Shown here: one piece after another, positions 39,901 through 51,582 of the stretch | Position numbering within the stretch: the first letter of the stretch is position 1 | Layout of the letters: the number at the start of each line of letters is the position of its first letter | NCBI RefSeq assembly: GCF_036588685.1 | Contig: NC_086383.1 | Location: 16,182,001-16,246,000 of the forward strand | DNA: 64,000 nucleotides | Reading direction: 5' to 3' | From: Mytilus trossulus | Lineage: Eukaryota | Notes under the pieces: generated by a model | The model's input: only the letters and a program-made list of their open reading frames with translations | The model's database searches: none | What the model was told of the DNA's origin: nothing | Translations under genes and position numbers: made by a program

Positions 39901-42900
39901 AAATCTCATTCAGACCCCCCCCCCTTTTTTTTTTGAAGTTATGAAGCTCTTTTATGAAAGCCATTTTGATGATTTGCAGTAGTTTAAAGATACTAAAGAT
40001 GCCTCAATTACGCATTCTGTTTGTTTCTTCTTCTATTGTTGTTTTTTTTTCTCCAAGGAGTATTTGGCAAGGAGGATGTTATGTGGTTTTTTTTTTATAT
40101 TTCTACGTGTATTTAACGGATCTGAGATACTAGACAAAGAAAACAATTTACCTCGCACTTTTTTTAGTAATGCTTTTATGAGTGAATCGTTGTTGGAGTA
40201 AAGACCAGTGGCAAATATTTCTGTGTACGTCCAGTCGATTCAAGAAGAACTTTTCAAATGAATTATTTGTTCGAAAATGATGATGCTTTGAGTCTTGATA
40301 AGGGGTTAATAAAGCTACGTTAAGTGTTTTTATAACAAATAGATATATCAAGTTTATACAAATATTTCTGTTAAGAACTTTATTGACAATTGTTATAAAT
40401 ATCAATTTTATTTAAATATCGTTTCTTCCTTAAATGTACATGGTAAAATTAATGTTCTAAATGCCTAGTTTAGTGTACACTTAACCTACACAAGGCCTAC
40501 ATTGACTATCGACTGAATGTAGACAAAACATGATTTAAACTATATCAATGGGAACGTATTATGTTTAGTTTATGTGTGAGTTACACGAACACAACACCGA
40601 GTTTAGTTCAATGAGAAGACGGCCTTATATTGTCTTTCATACATAGATAGGTTCATTTAGATTAGAGACCAAACTGCATTCAACAGCAACACACAGTGAG
40701 GTTTATTTTATGGAATTGTGTAAAATTGTTTAAATGAAAAGGTATATAATATTTGCTCTTCTATATTCAACCCTGAGAATGCTTTGACTACTATAAGATT
40801 TTAACCCTGTACGTGAAACAAGTACGGGGCATTGTATGCTACGTCATTGTAATGGATAAACTATCCTTACAATATAGTGTAACGCATACCGCTGACAGTT
40901 GTTGATTTTTTTTCTCGACCGAATGATGCCCTAATCAAAAGTATGGTCTGTTGACGTCCAGTATTTGTTTGTTATGCGTATTGCAATTCCTGATTTTGTC
41001 TGCTCCAATGAACCTCCCTCTCCAACCTGATTGCATTTAATTCCCTTTATGAAGACAGTTGAACTTTCAATAGAATACATTGAACAAAGTCAAGTCAGTA
41101 TTGAAATTAACTAAACTATTCAAAAATCAAAAATTAAAAAAAATTCTAAAACAATCAAATGAATTACATAGTGCCCATGCCGTATAAAATTAACTCTCCG
41201 AAATAAGTTGTTTGATACGGGTATACGTATGACAAGTATGTATATACCCGCTGGGTATACAGTATATTGACCATTTTTATGAAGTAATGTGGTTCAAAAA
41301 CTATTGTCATTGGAGATAGCTTTGAATGCATGAATGATTTCACAACTGACTTACAATAATCAAAAAGTTGTCAATTTGATCATTTATAAAAGTGTAAATA
41401 ATGTTACAGTTAAAGGTACATTTGTGATAACTAAGATTGCTGTGACGGTTGTGTCCTTTTTGTAACAATCTTCTAAATAGCCAACGGTAATTTTTTTTTA
41501 CAAATGTTCCAACCTATCCCGCACTGTAAGACATTTTGTATCAGTGACTTTTAAATCTGAATGACTATATCATTTTTTTTAAAGTTGCGACACTGAAGCT
41601 ATTACTATATAATAGTTGCAGCAAACAAATCTAAACCGTAACAAAGTTCGGCGTTGAAGCAGATTATTTATGACTGCTTCAAAGTTTTTGCGTTGGGAAA
41701 GTTTTTACATAAATGTTACAACTTTTCAAATGATTTCAACAGTCGCATTAAGACTCTGTGATAACATTTCCGGTGTTTAAAGACTAGTAGTTTATTTATG
41801 ACTGTTTCAACTATTTTATCGTTGTTGCAGTCGATTTGTGTGTAAGGTAATTTTTTAAAAAGTTGGAACAGTTTCAAAATAACTACAACAGTGACTTTTG
41901 ACAATTGTTTAAACTTTTACAAATATCATCAGTCGTAGAACGAATGTTACTGGCACATATGTATGGCAGTGATTTCTTCGTCCATTAGTGCATATATATC
42001 ATTAAAACGTTTAATCCCGCTGCAAATGTTTACACCTGTCCTAAATCAGGAATCTGATGTACATTAGTTGTCGTTTGTTTATGTAATTTATACGTGTTTC
42101 TCGTTTCTTGTTTTTTATATAGATTATACCGTTGGTTTTCCCGTTTGTATGGTTTTACACTAGTAATTTTGGGACCCTTTATAGCTTATTGTTCGGTGTG
42201 AGCCAAGGCTCCGTGTTGAAGGCCGTATATTGACCTATAATGGTTTACTTTTATGAATTGTTATTTGGAATGAGAGTTGTCTCATTTGCACTCACACCAC
42301 ATCTTCTCCCTATATCTATAAATGTATTGACTTTACAAATACATTGAAATATCGATATATATCTTTTAAACGAACCAATTTTAGTAAAAGTAAGGGTAAT
42401 TGATTCCAAAGGCAATGTATGTATTTGAATAGAAGAAATATCAAAATCAACAAATTGGTCACTATTTCCTAAAAAAGTAGAAAATAATATTAACAGTGTC
42501 TGTTGTTTGATTTGTTTTTCTTATATAAGTATCATTAAATGTATGGTTTATTCTAGCAAATAGTGTCCAATATGGTCAAGTATATCATACAGTACCTATG
42601 ACCTGGCAGGCTGCCTCTGATAAATGTGACACTAATAGATTAGAGTTTGAAGAAGATGTGCTGACAAATATTGACGTGCTGAAAGAAAAGGAATTTTGGC
42701 TTGGCATGGCCATTTACCGTGTATCTACACCTTGGATTGAAATTTTGGGTAGGTCGCTTTGGATCCAGAATTAACAAATCATGTTAAATTCAAAGATTAT
42801 TTACCGAGTTTCGTCAGAAACTGTAATTCATAACAGTACAAAATCAAGTCGCCTATTAAAGGTGTCTTCTGATTGTTGTTGTTTCATATACTCAAAATAA

Positions 42901-45900
42901 AAAAAAGTATCCTTAAGTTGTGAATAAAGTACTTGCCCAGTTTCGGCCATCTTGTTATTTGCCTATAATTTTGGACTCATTTTATTTAAAAAAATGCGAA
43001 ATCGATATCATTTTGAATTATTTATTTGAAGCAACAATCATAGATTGTTTATGTTGTAATGTTCGATTTTTTATGTTGTTCTCCTTTTTAAGTTCACTGT
43101 TTTTCATACAGGTTGCTTCGCAGTACCAGACAGATTAGATATTAAGAAAAGTCCTTCAATTGTGTTATGTCAGAAACAGTGTGAATCATATCAGTTCTTT
43201 GGTTACAGTGTAAGTATTGACTTTCTATTTTGAGTGTTCGTTTTTTTAAATAAAATTGTGAAACCTTTGTCATTGGCGTTGCACACACTTAATTATTCGT
43301 GTATTTTGTATTAAAATGCCGTATGATCTTTTATGACATACAGCCACCAATGTGTGAGGGAACTTTGGCATTACTTTTCATCTACTAGTTGTAAAAGAGT
43401 GGTGTGCTTTTATGTTCTAATGGTGAGTTTTTAAGTGGTGGTTGAGATTTGATTCTACTATTTAACCATTGTTCTTTAATTACGTGTTTGCTTTGTGGTT
43501 GTCTAATATATGAATCCCTATATTAGACATATATTAATGTCAAAAGACGGAAAATAAACCAGAATGAAATCGATTCATTTGAACACTCAGAAAATGCAAG
43601 ATTAATCGTCCCTAGCTTCCATCAACTTTTCTTTATCGTTTCAAATGTCTTTCTATGAGCATGATGTAAAACGTAGTTATATTGCTGATCAGTCCATCTT
43701 AATCTTGATTGATATACGAACAGTGAGTTTTCGTGGGGTTTGTGTTGCTTAATAAATTGTTTTTGTTTTTATTTAATGTGTCATATTCTGTTGTTTTGTC
43801 TAATTTTCTTTTCTTTTTTAGTCATGGCGTTGACAGTTTATTTTCGACTTATGAGTTTGTATATCCCTTTGTTATCATTCGCAATTTTTTCATCTTCTAG
43901 ACCTAACCTTATAATTGCTAGACCAATAATATGAAAGACAAGTTAAGGAATAGTATGTTTCAATTTAATCGATCGCAGTTAAATATATGTTGATATAAAC
44001 TCAGCATGAACAATTGTTTGTAAATCCTGAAGAACTATGTATAATGATATGCTTTATTTACAAAGTACATGCAAATAGATAACTCATATTTAATCACTTA
44101 AGTTTTTTCACTTTTTCGTCCTATAAGGTTTGTGAAGCTTTGTTGTATATTCGCTTTTTACAATGATATGTTCTCATTTCAGTTTTAAGACTGATCTTTC
44201 TTGTCCCGACTGGTATATATTTCATATTAAACAGTTTTATTTTCACTATGTATCTTTTATTCAACTTTGATTATAGCTTTCCATTTCAGAATTTATAGTT
44301 ATCTTAAATTTTTAAAATTTAATTGATTGTAATCTGAAAAGATATTTCTGGTTCCTATATAAAAACAATAATGTATTACCCTTATAGGAATCGACATCAA
44401 AGTGTTCTTGTCTACGAGATAAAGGTAGATCATACAGTATAAAGAATTGTATAGAACAAAATAATTCAAAATATTTCTTCGTTTATAAAGGTAAGAATAA
44501 TTTATTGTAAACTTCACTTATTACAAAATAAATCATTTAGATATAAAAGTGTTACATATAAATGTATGAAGGAAAATATTATATTATCTTTACTTTGCAC
44601 TTGAGTTCTACTTACAGTTGTGAAATATGATCCCAATTCGATAAATCCAGCCATATACTCGCATCATCCTTGATTTGTTGACCCATATGGTTTTATCTAC
44701 TGTTTTGTATTTTTTTTAATTAATTGCCTACACAGAAGATATGAAAACGGGAAATAAAGTTGCCAATGAGACCACAATTCAAAAGAAATCCAATCACGTA
44801 AATTTAAGCAGTGTAATCTAACAGTGTATGAGTATCTAGATGTTAGTTGTTCTTTAATTCATGATATTGCTTTAATGCATGTAAATTTTAACACATTTAG
44901 TATTCAGATCGAACGTTTCTGGCAACGACAATGATAAATGTACAACTCTATACTGTTCTGGTGGCAAATCTGAATTAACAGCAGTAAACTGTAATGAAAC
45001 AAGTTTTGGAACGAATAGTATATGTAGTAAGTGTTAATTTTTATGTAATATGTAATTGGATTACCTATATTGAATACATTTGAATGTGACAGTGTGTTTT
45101 TAACTTTTTTAAGCTATGTGTAGTGACCCCTTCAGATTAAATTGGTATTTCATTTTTTATTTATTTTGATGTGTTCCTTCCTGAGTATCAAAGTATTCTT
45201 TTCACTATAGATATACGATGATGTGGTACGAGTGCCAATGACAAAACTCTCCATCCGAGTCACAATTTGTAAAAGTAAACCATTATAGGTCAAAATTTGG
45301 TTATGAACACTGAGTAGTGGCTCACACCGAACCTCTATCTATAAAGGTCCCCAAAATGACTTGTGTCAAATAATTCAAACGGGAAAACTAGCTGCCTAAT
45401 TAATATGATTAATCCAACAAGAAACAGTTATGAACCACATCAACAATCGACAACTACTAAACATCAGATTTAGGACTCCGGACAGGTGAAAACAAATGCA
45501 TATTTTAGGCCACCATGAAAAAAGTTGAAAAATCTGTATTTAACGGCGATAACTGATATGAGGAGACAATTAATTTTATGATTTTAGCAATGTGACTTTT
45601 TCTATATATTTTTTTCTGGCTGATTATATCTCAACTGGTAATAATGAGTTTAGAGGATATATTTTTTTAGTGTAAAAAAAACGAAAAAAACCGGATGTTG
45701 TGAGATGGCAATTAATCACACTCGGCATTTAGGTAAGGTACACTTTAAAAACACCTGCATGAATTTACGTCTCAATCATATTCTTCTGAATACAGTATAT
45801 TCATTTATCAACAGTATGCTAAATCTGATTGTACCATATCTGAACCTAAATATAAACACTTAATAAATTATGTAAGTCTGAAGCAGCTTTTTTCTAGATA

Positions 45901-48900
45901 AACATTCATCGTTTATGTTCAGACCTTGACATTCGAAAGCCAGGGTGAGTTAATACGCTACAACTTTAAGAGCAATATGACTTAAAGAGGCTTAAACATT
46001 TTAGCAAAATTCAATTTAGGTCAATTTTGCCTTATGAGTTGGAAACGTATTTCTGGAATTGTGAGCCTGGCATTTTGTAAAACAATTATACACTCTCTAA
46101 CTGGTTACTACGGATGACCTTGAAGGCAAACAGTCCATAAACAGCAGCATTGAACTTGTAAATTCAATAAACACTTTTTACATTTTGTGCATATTTATCG
46201 CTTTTATGGATACATACCTTTTATTTATATCATGTTTCAAGACATCTGGTTTTTATTTCATGTTCCATCACTATTTTATTCATTTCTTTCAAGATAACGG
46301 GTCCGCAGCCGGTTGGGGTCTATCATATTCAGCTGCCAAACAAAGCTGCATGGGTATTTATCAGCTTTTACTTTCACCTGAAATTTACTGTCAATTAAAT
46401 GGTCATCAAAACCAAGCGGTGCCCATGTGGTCGAATGTTTTTCGAGCGGACACCGACGCTAAGCTGACACAAGGTAAATAGAGAAATACTAAAAGATATG
46501 TAAATTTTATGTAAACCAATTGGTTGTTTAAATTTATTTGATGTAGGTGAGATCACATTTCACACACTTGTGTCTGTTGTGACGAATTTTTCTTTTTTTT
46601 TAGATTTGTTTTCAACTCGTGTAAGTCGCGAAATAAATCACTTCTTTTTTTCGATTTTGGAATTTTTGGGATAAAGTTACCGGAAAAGTGCTGCATTATC
46701 GAGAATATTATCTACGATAAAGCTCTGACTCTACACATCTTTTGTAGGATTTTTTTCAAAACTTTCAGGAAAGCTTTCTATGTTTTAGCTCGCCCTCTTT
46801 AATAAGCTTGGTGGTTTTAAAATGTTGCAAAGCTGATATTTAACAATTGTAATATAAAACAGCAATCTTTATCTGACCTGTTACGATCTGCTTACCAATT
46901 CATATCAATAGTTATCTCTCCCATTGTTTCATGCGGATTGTATTATGAAGTCTTTTCTATTTTATGTGCTTATATATTTTTCTTATTCTTTTTTTTTGTC
47001 GTCTTTTTTTTTTGTTTTTGTCATGTTGTGGTTAGTTATTTTCCATCTGTGAGTTTTCATATTTCTTATTGTATCCTTCTCTTTTTCTTTGGACAGGAAT
47101 ATTTGTTTAGAACATGTGTAGATTATGCCATTGTATGGTATCGAGTTAATTGCGTCAGCCAATTAAAGGTTAAAAGTTTGAAGATTACAGATGTATCATT
47201 TGGGCTTTACAAGTGAATACAGACAATGCATTGTGTTTTTCATTACCAAATTTGAAAAGTTATCTTGGAAACAAAGCTTTCGTAGTAGCAACGGAACTCA
47301 TTTGTACAATGCGCTACATTCGTATGTAAAAACTTATATTGTAATACATATTCATAATTTGGAATACGTTTAAGGTACGTGTTTGAGGAGAGTGATCATT
47401 GGATTCTATGTAGGGAACGATTGCATCAACAAACAAAAAGAGACATATTATAGGAAACAGTAATTGCATTTACAAGTTTCTTTGATTTGTAATTAATCCA
47501 AACAGTATATGTAAAACCATTATACCATTTTCAGGCGAAGCGGGAAACAAAGAACCGCTTTACTGCCTAGCAGGCTCGTTTAAGGGGGAAAATGGCAAAA
47601 AAGAACTTGTTATAACCAGAAGATTTTGCAATAAGCAGTTAGACTATTTTGTGTGCAGAACAGGTATATAAATCACTTCTTAAATACATGCAGATCTTAC
47701 TTTTATATTAAGCGTAAGGCAACAATAATATACCGATGGTCATGAGTCATAAATCGATTTAAAACATATATTCAATCTATACTTGATTAAAAACACTTTT
47801 TGATTACACTTTGTAGAAAAATATATGCTAAACCACTAATTATATATATAAATCAGCTACAGCCGAGGTGTAATATCTATACGAGAATACTTTCATTTTT
47901 TTTCTGATAATAGTAGCATAGTCTTCATTTCCCCCTGTCCATATCGTAATAGTAACTTAGTGCATGACAACCTCTGTTAAAGCTAAGACACTTCTCATTA
48001 AATGTGATCGGAAAACCATATCAAGGTATTCTTTTTAAAAGTACCACACAGATCACTTCGTTTTAATGGTTTACAGTGTAGACGTTCAATTACATACACA
48101 TGCAAATATGGCATTTTTCTATTGAAATTAATTGTGCTCCATTATTGTTTAGGTACAGTTCATTCAGTAACTTCAAATGAAAGTTTAGTTGCTGTACCAA
48201 TTCCAGAGAAGATTTCAGGCACGACACATTCATCTCATGTTCAAGATAGCAAGCATGGTATCTATGATGTTAATTTTTACAAAAGTATCGTGTTTTGTTT
48301 GTTACTTGATCTTTTTAGAACGGGATGTTTTACCGATCCAATATGTATTTCTATTTGAATAATATTGGGTAAATAAAGTGTACCAGGCATAGTATGCAAA
48401 ATATATTATCAAACCGATATGACAACGATAGCATAACTTCATTTATTTTTCTGAGCACGTTAAAAAACACGGAATTCAAGTTTCATTTTAAAATTTTAAC
48501 TATAAATTGAACTCTCTTATGTCAACTATTTCGTATAAAAATCAAAAAAAATACTGTAAAGTCTTCGGTGTATTTGTTGATTGAATCAGTTTGATTTACA
48601 TTGTATCACTGATTTTGATTTTTCTTGACAATATTGTCAATGCTTTTCATCGTTTACCATGTTTACGAAAAAACACAATATAAGTTGAATATTTAGTCGA
48701 TTTATAAATAGAGTCATTCTAATTGGCTTATAGAGTGTTCACACATAAAAAGTGTTGATATTATTGTAAAATCGGTAAGATTTTGTGAAATGATTTTAAA
48801 ATAGATCTTCAGATTTGTTAACAAACTTCGTCTTATTTAACCGCCGGTTGAGTTTACCTAATCACAATATTTTCAAAGAGAACTTTTAGCAGTCTACTGA

Positions 48901-51582
48901 TCTTTGAAGATGTTATGCTATTTTTGTATCAAATTTAATTTCAACAAACGCATATAAACACATTGTTTGTAATTGAACCATTAAATGTTAAAAACTGCAA
49001 ATGGAAGAAAATTTCAGTCTAACTATTACCTTGTTATTTGTATATGGAAACAAATAATGCAACTGACTAAAAATAAGAATTATGAACTTTCCCTATGAAA
49101 CATCAACTATTTATAACTCCTGAATCAATTTATAATGGGTTGAGTTCAGGATTTAGTATTTTGTTTTAAACAAAAATTGGCGAACGACGTTCCTGAAATA
49201 GTCTTCTTCTATAATATTTCCCCCGATTTTCAACATCTTTCAATCCAAAAAAAATAATGATCTGTAATAGAACAGTCTTTCAAAATTTTAAGTGATTGAC
49301 AATAGACACAAATTCAAGAAATCTCGTAATTAGGAAACACAAGCAATCGTGAGTACTATTTTTTTATCCGCATTTTACAATTTCTTTTATGTATTTCCAA
49401 TTTTTCAGATGAAAATAGAAGAGCTCTAAATGAAAGGCAGCTATTTATATTTAACAAGTTCAACATTAAAAATCATATTAACACAGCACTATGTGAAACA
49501 AATGTTAAAAACCCTAAAATGTGCAAATATTTTTATGAACGCATTATTTTAAACAAACTAAAGCATGCAGTAAATATCTTATAGTTGCATATACAGTTAT
49601 TGCATTGAATAACAATGTATTCGCTATTTTCTTAAGGTGCAGCCACTTCTACTACTCAAAACCAAATCATAATTGCAACACAGGAAATGAAGGAAGATTC
49701 AAGCGGTAGTTTTAATATAGGTACATGGATTTTTTAAAACTGAGTTTTTATCAGCTTCTAAGCATGATTGTGTCCTTCAACGTTTTGAAGAAAATGTATA
49801 CATGTTATAACAGAAAAACGACAAACGAAGGGCTAACCAAACTCATTAGTCGAACACGAGATGACAATGTCATTGCAAAAAGAAAGGCACTTGTGCACAA
49901 AACATAGAATAAAACAATGAATGCCGAGCAAAACCCATCAAAATCAGTTGCTATATACAAAAAGTACGATTGGTAAACTATCTTTACGTGCTTATTACAG
50001 TTGATCAGCTATAGTACTCAGGTTTTATTTGCAACTCAACGAACGAAACTTCATTTTTACAAATAATCATTGAGCATTACTTATTACTATAATAGAAAAA
50101 CAAACTGTATCAACCCCTCTCAGAAGTGAGACTTGTATTCCTTATCCTTTATAAGGCAATGTGCTATGATTGTCAATAGGACAAAGTTTATATGAACACT
50201 AAGTCTTTTTCTTCTAAATGTTGTTTTTGTATCGAATAAAAGTTGAATATATATTATTCACATCTGTATCATATGTGTTGTCTGTATTTATTAGATCCTG
50301 TCATTGGTGGCATTGTAGCTGCGGTAATACTTATAACTGTTTTGCTTGTGGTGATTTCATGCAAAATAAGGTCAGAATAAATGTGTGCTCTGTGATAGAA
50401 AGTGTTTTAATTTTCGTGTGCAATTTGTATCACACCATAAATCGAAATTTTATAGTGAGAAATACATCCATTTTTGTTTTACTTCACCGCTATGATAATT
50501 ATCACGGAATTAGCTTGCATGTTTGTCTATCATATACATTTTTACTATCGACCTGCACCATTTTTTTGAACCGCTGTGGATTGGAGTACTGGTCGGGAAT
50601 ACATTTATAAAAAGATTTCTGAAATGACCGGAGTTTACTTTTTACATAATATTTTAAGAGTTGATGAACACTGTAGCAGTTCAATTTAAACCTTTCCTTG
50701 AAGAAATTGTCAGAGTTTCTTGATCTTTTGTACAAAGACTCTTGTGGAATTCGTCAATACTTGGGGCATAGATCGTACTTTTTCCTTAGTCAGTGTATAA
50801 GTTAGTCATACATTTATAATGCGTACGCTTTTTAATGTTTATTATACTTAATTCCAATGTATGTTACCATTTACTTAAAAGTACATACAAAGAGCTAGGA
50901 TACATCATGTACCCTTGTATCTTGTGTTCAAGTCTCTAGGGTTTTTATTCCTAAAAATTAAAATTCCAAACAATAACGCAGCTCGGGAAGTACAATTTGG
51001 AATTTCCTACTTTTCCTATTTATCTCTGATATATTAAGTATCTCTAAGACACTTTTTGCAAAGATATAAACAGATTTAAATGATGTTTTCAGTTCATGTG
51101 GATTTTTCAAAACGACTAGTATGGATAAACAAGAAGTCTCATTTTCAACAGCAGTTAGTGAACATTCACAAAATTCAGAAGTGCGAACAAGTGAGATAAC
51201 GACCTCTAACGAATCATATGGCTTATCTCCAAACAACTCAACCAACGTGTATGCAGTCGTAAACAAAATTAAAAAGAACGAAATCCAAACAACCGAGGAC
51301 ACTTATATTGAGACATCATTCGGAGAATATGATCGATTAAACGGGGTATCGAAACGGAGAACAGATGCAAAGGAAAATTTATATAACAGTCATGCAGGTA
51401 TTCGTAACGAAAATGACCCAACATACGACAGTTCCAACCATGGAGGAAGAACACTCCAATTTGATAACGATGTGTATGATCATACAGACACATTATTAAC
51501 GGACGGTAGTGACTACGGTTATTCGTCGACACTCAAATCAGAAGCTAGAAATGAAAATGATATATACGATAAGGCTGTCTAG
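35004..51582 (+). CDS. 547-aa type I transmembrane protein: CTL-like domain with nested WSC-like module, second CTL-like domain, S/T stalk, TM, multi-tyrosine tail (paralog A, 11 coding exons)
   Basis: Exons 35004-35064, 42557-42748, 43112-43209, 44388-44490, 44901-45026, 46294-46473, 47535-47663, 48153-48257, 49637-49720, 50295-50370 and 51093-51582. All introns are GT-AG with compatible phases. Total 1644 nt open frame, ending in TAG. Confidence 0.88.
38521..40625. repeat. ~2.1-kb foldback: two ~970-bp inverted arms with a ~160-bp spacer, in intron 1 of paralog A
   Basis: Arm 38521-39502 is the diverged reverse complement of 39661-40625. The ORF track shows mirrored translations at 38741(+) and 40405(-). 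Confidence 0.9.
42557..42748 (+). CDS. Paralog A exon 2 (N-half of CTL-like domain: MTWQAASDKC...FWLG...WIEILG)
   Basis: ttctag acceptor, gtaggt donor, 192 nt; same size and about 48% aa identity to 62858-63049. Confidence 0.92.
43112..43209 (+). CDS. Paralog A exon 3 (WSC-like: GCF...LCQKQCESYQFFGYS)
   Basis: atacag acceptor, gtaagt donor, 98 nt; about 69% aa identity to 63646-63743. Confidence 0.92.
44388..44490 (+). CDS. Paralog A exon 4 (WSC-like second half: ESTSKCSC...NC...FFVYK)
   Basis: cttatag acceptor, AAG|gtaaga donor; phase 0-1 fits both neighbours. Confidence 0.88.
44901..45026 (+). CDS. Paralog A exon 5 (C-half of CTL-like domain: DKCTTLYC...VNC...SIC)
   Basis: tttag acceptor, gtaagt donor, 126 nt, phase 1-1. 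Confidence 0.85.
46294..46473 (+). CDS. Paralog A exon 6 (second CTL-like domain, N-half)
   Basis: tttctttcaag acceptor, CAAG|gtaaat donor; LSYSAAKQSC...MWSNVFR. Confidence 0.9.
47535..47663 (+). CDS. Paralog A exon 7 (second CTL-like domain, C-half: YCLAG...FCNKQLDYFVC)
   Basis: ttttcag acceptor, CAG|gtatat donor, 129 nt. Confidence 0.9.
48153..48257 (+). CDS. Paralog A exon 8 (Ser/Thr stalk)
   Basis: gtttag acceptor, G|gtatct donor, 105 nt, phase 1-1. Confidence 0.75.
49637..49720 (+). CDS. Paralog A exon 9 (Ser/Thr stalk)
   Basis: ttttcttaag acceptor, TAG|gtacat donor, 84 nt, phase 1-1. Confidence 0.75.
50295..50370 (+). CDS. Paralog A exon 10 (transmembrane helix VIGGIVAAVILITVLLVVI)
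   Basis: ttattag acceptor, AAG|gtcaga donor, phase 1-2. Confidence 0.9.
51093..51582 (+). CDS. Paralog A exon 11 (cytoplasmic tail with 10 Tyr, stop)
   Basis: gttttcag acceptor in frame with ORF 51121-51582. Confidence 0.92.

Noticed and set aside
38741-40405. Pair of similar ORFs on opposite strands (88 and 85 aa)
   Set aside because: A by-product of the inverted repeat, with non-ATG starts and low-complexity translations.
49409-49583. Strong acceptor (tttttcag) followed by an open frame in phase with exon 8, a possible alternative terminal exon giving a secreted isoform
   Set aside because: No in-phase donor or other support, and the composition is intron-like. It cannot be called without RNA-seq.
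50218-51532. ORFs 50218(+), 50502(-), 50958(-) and 51269(-)
   Set aside because: Wrong-frame or antisense overlaps of the TM and tail exons.
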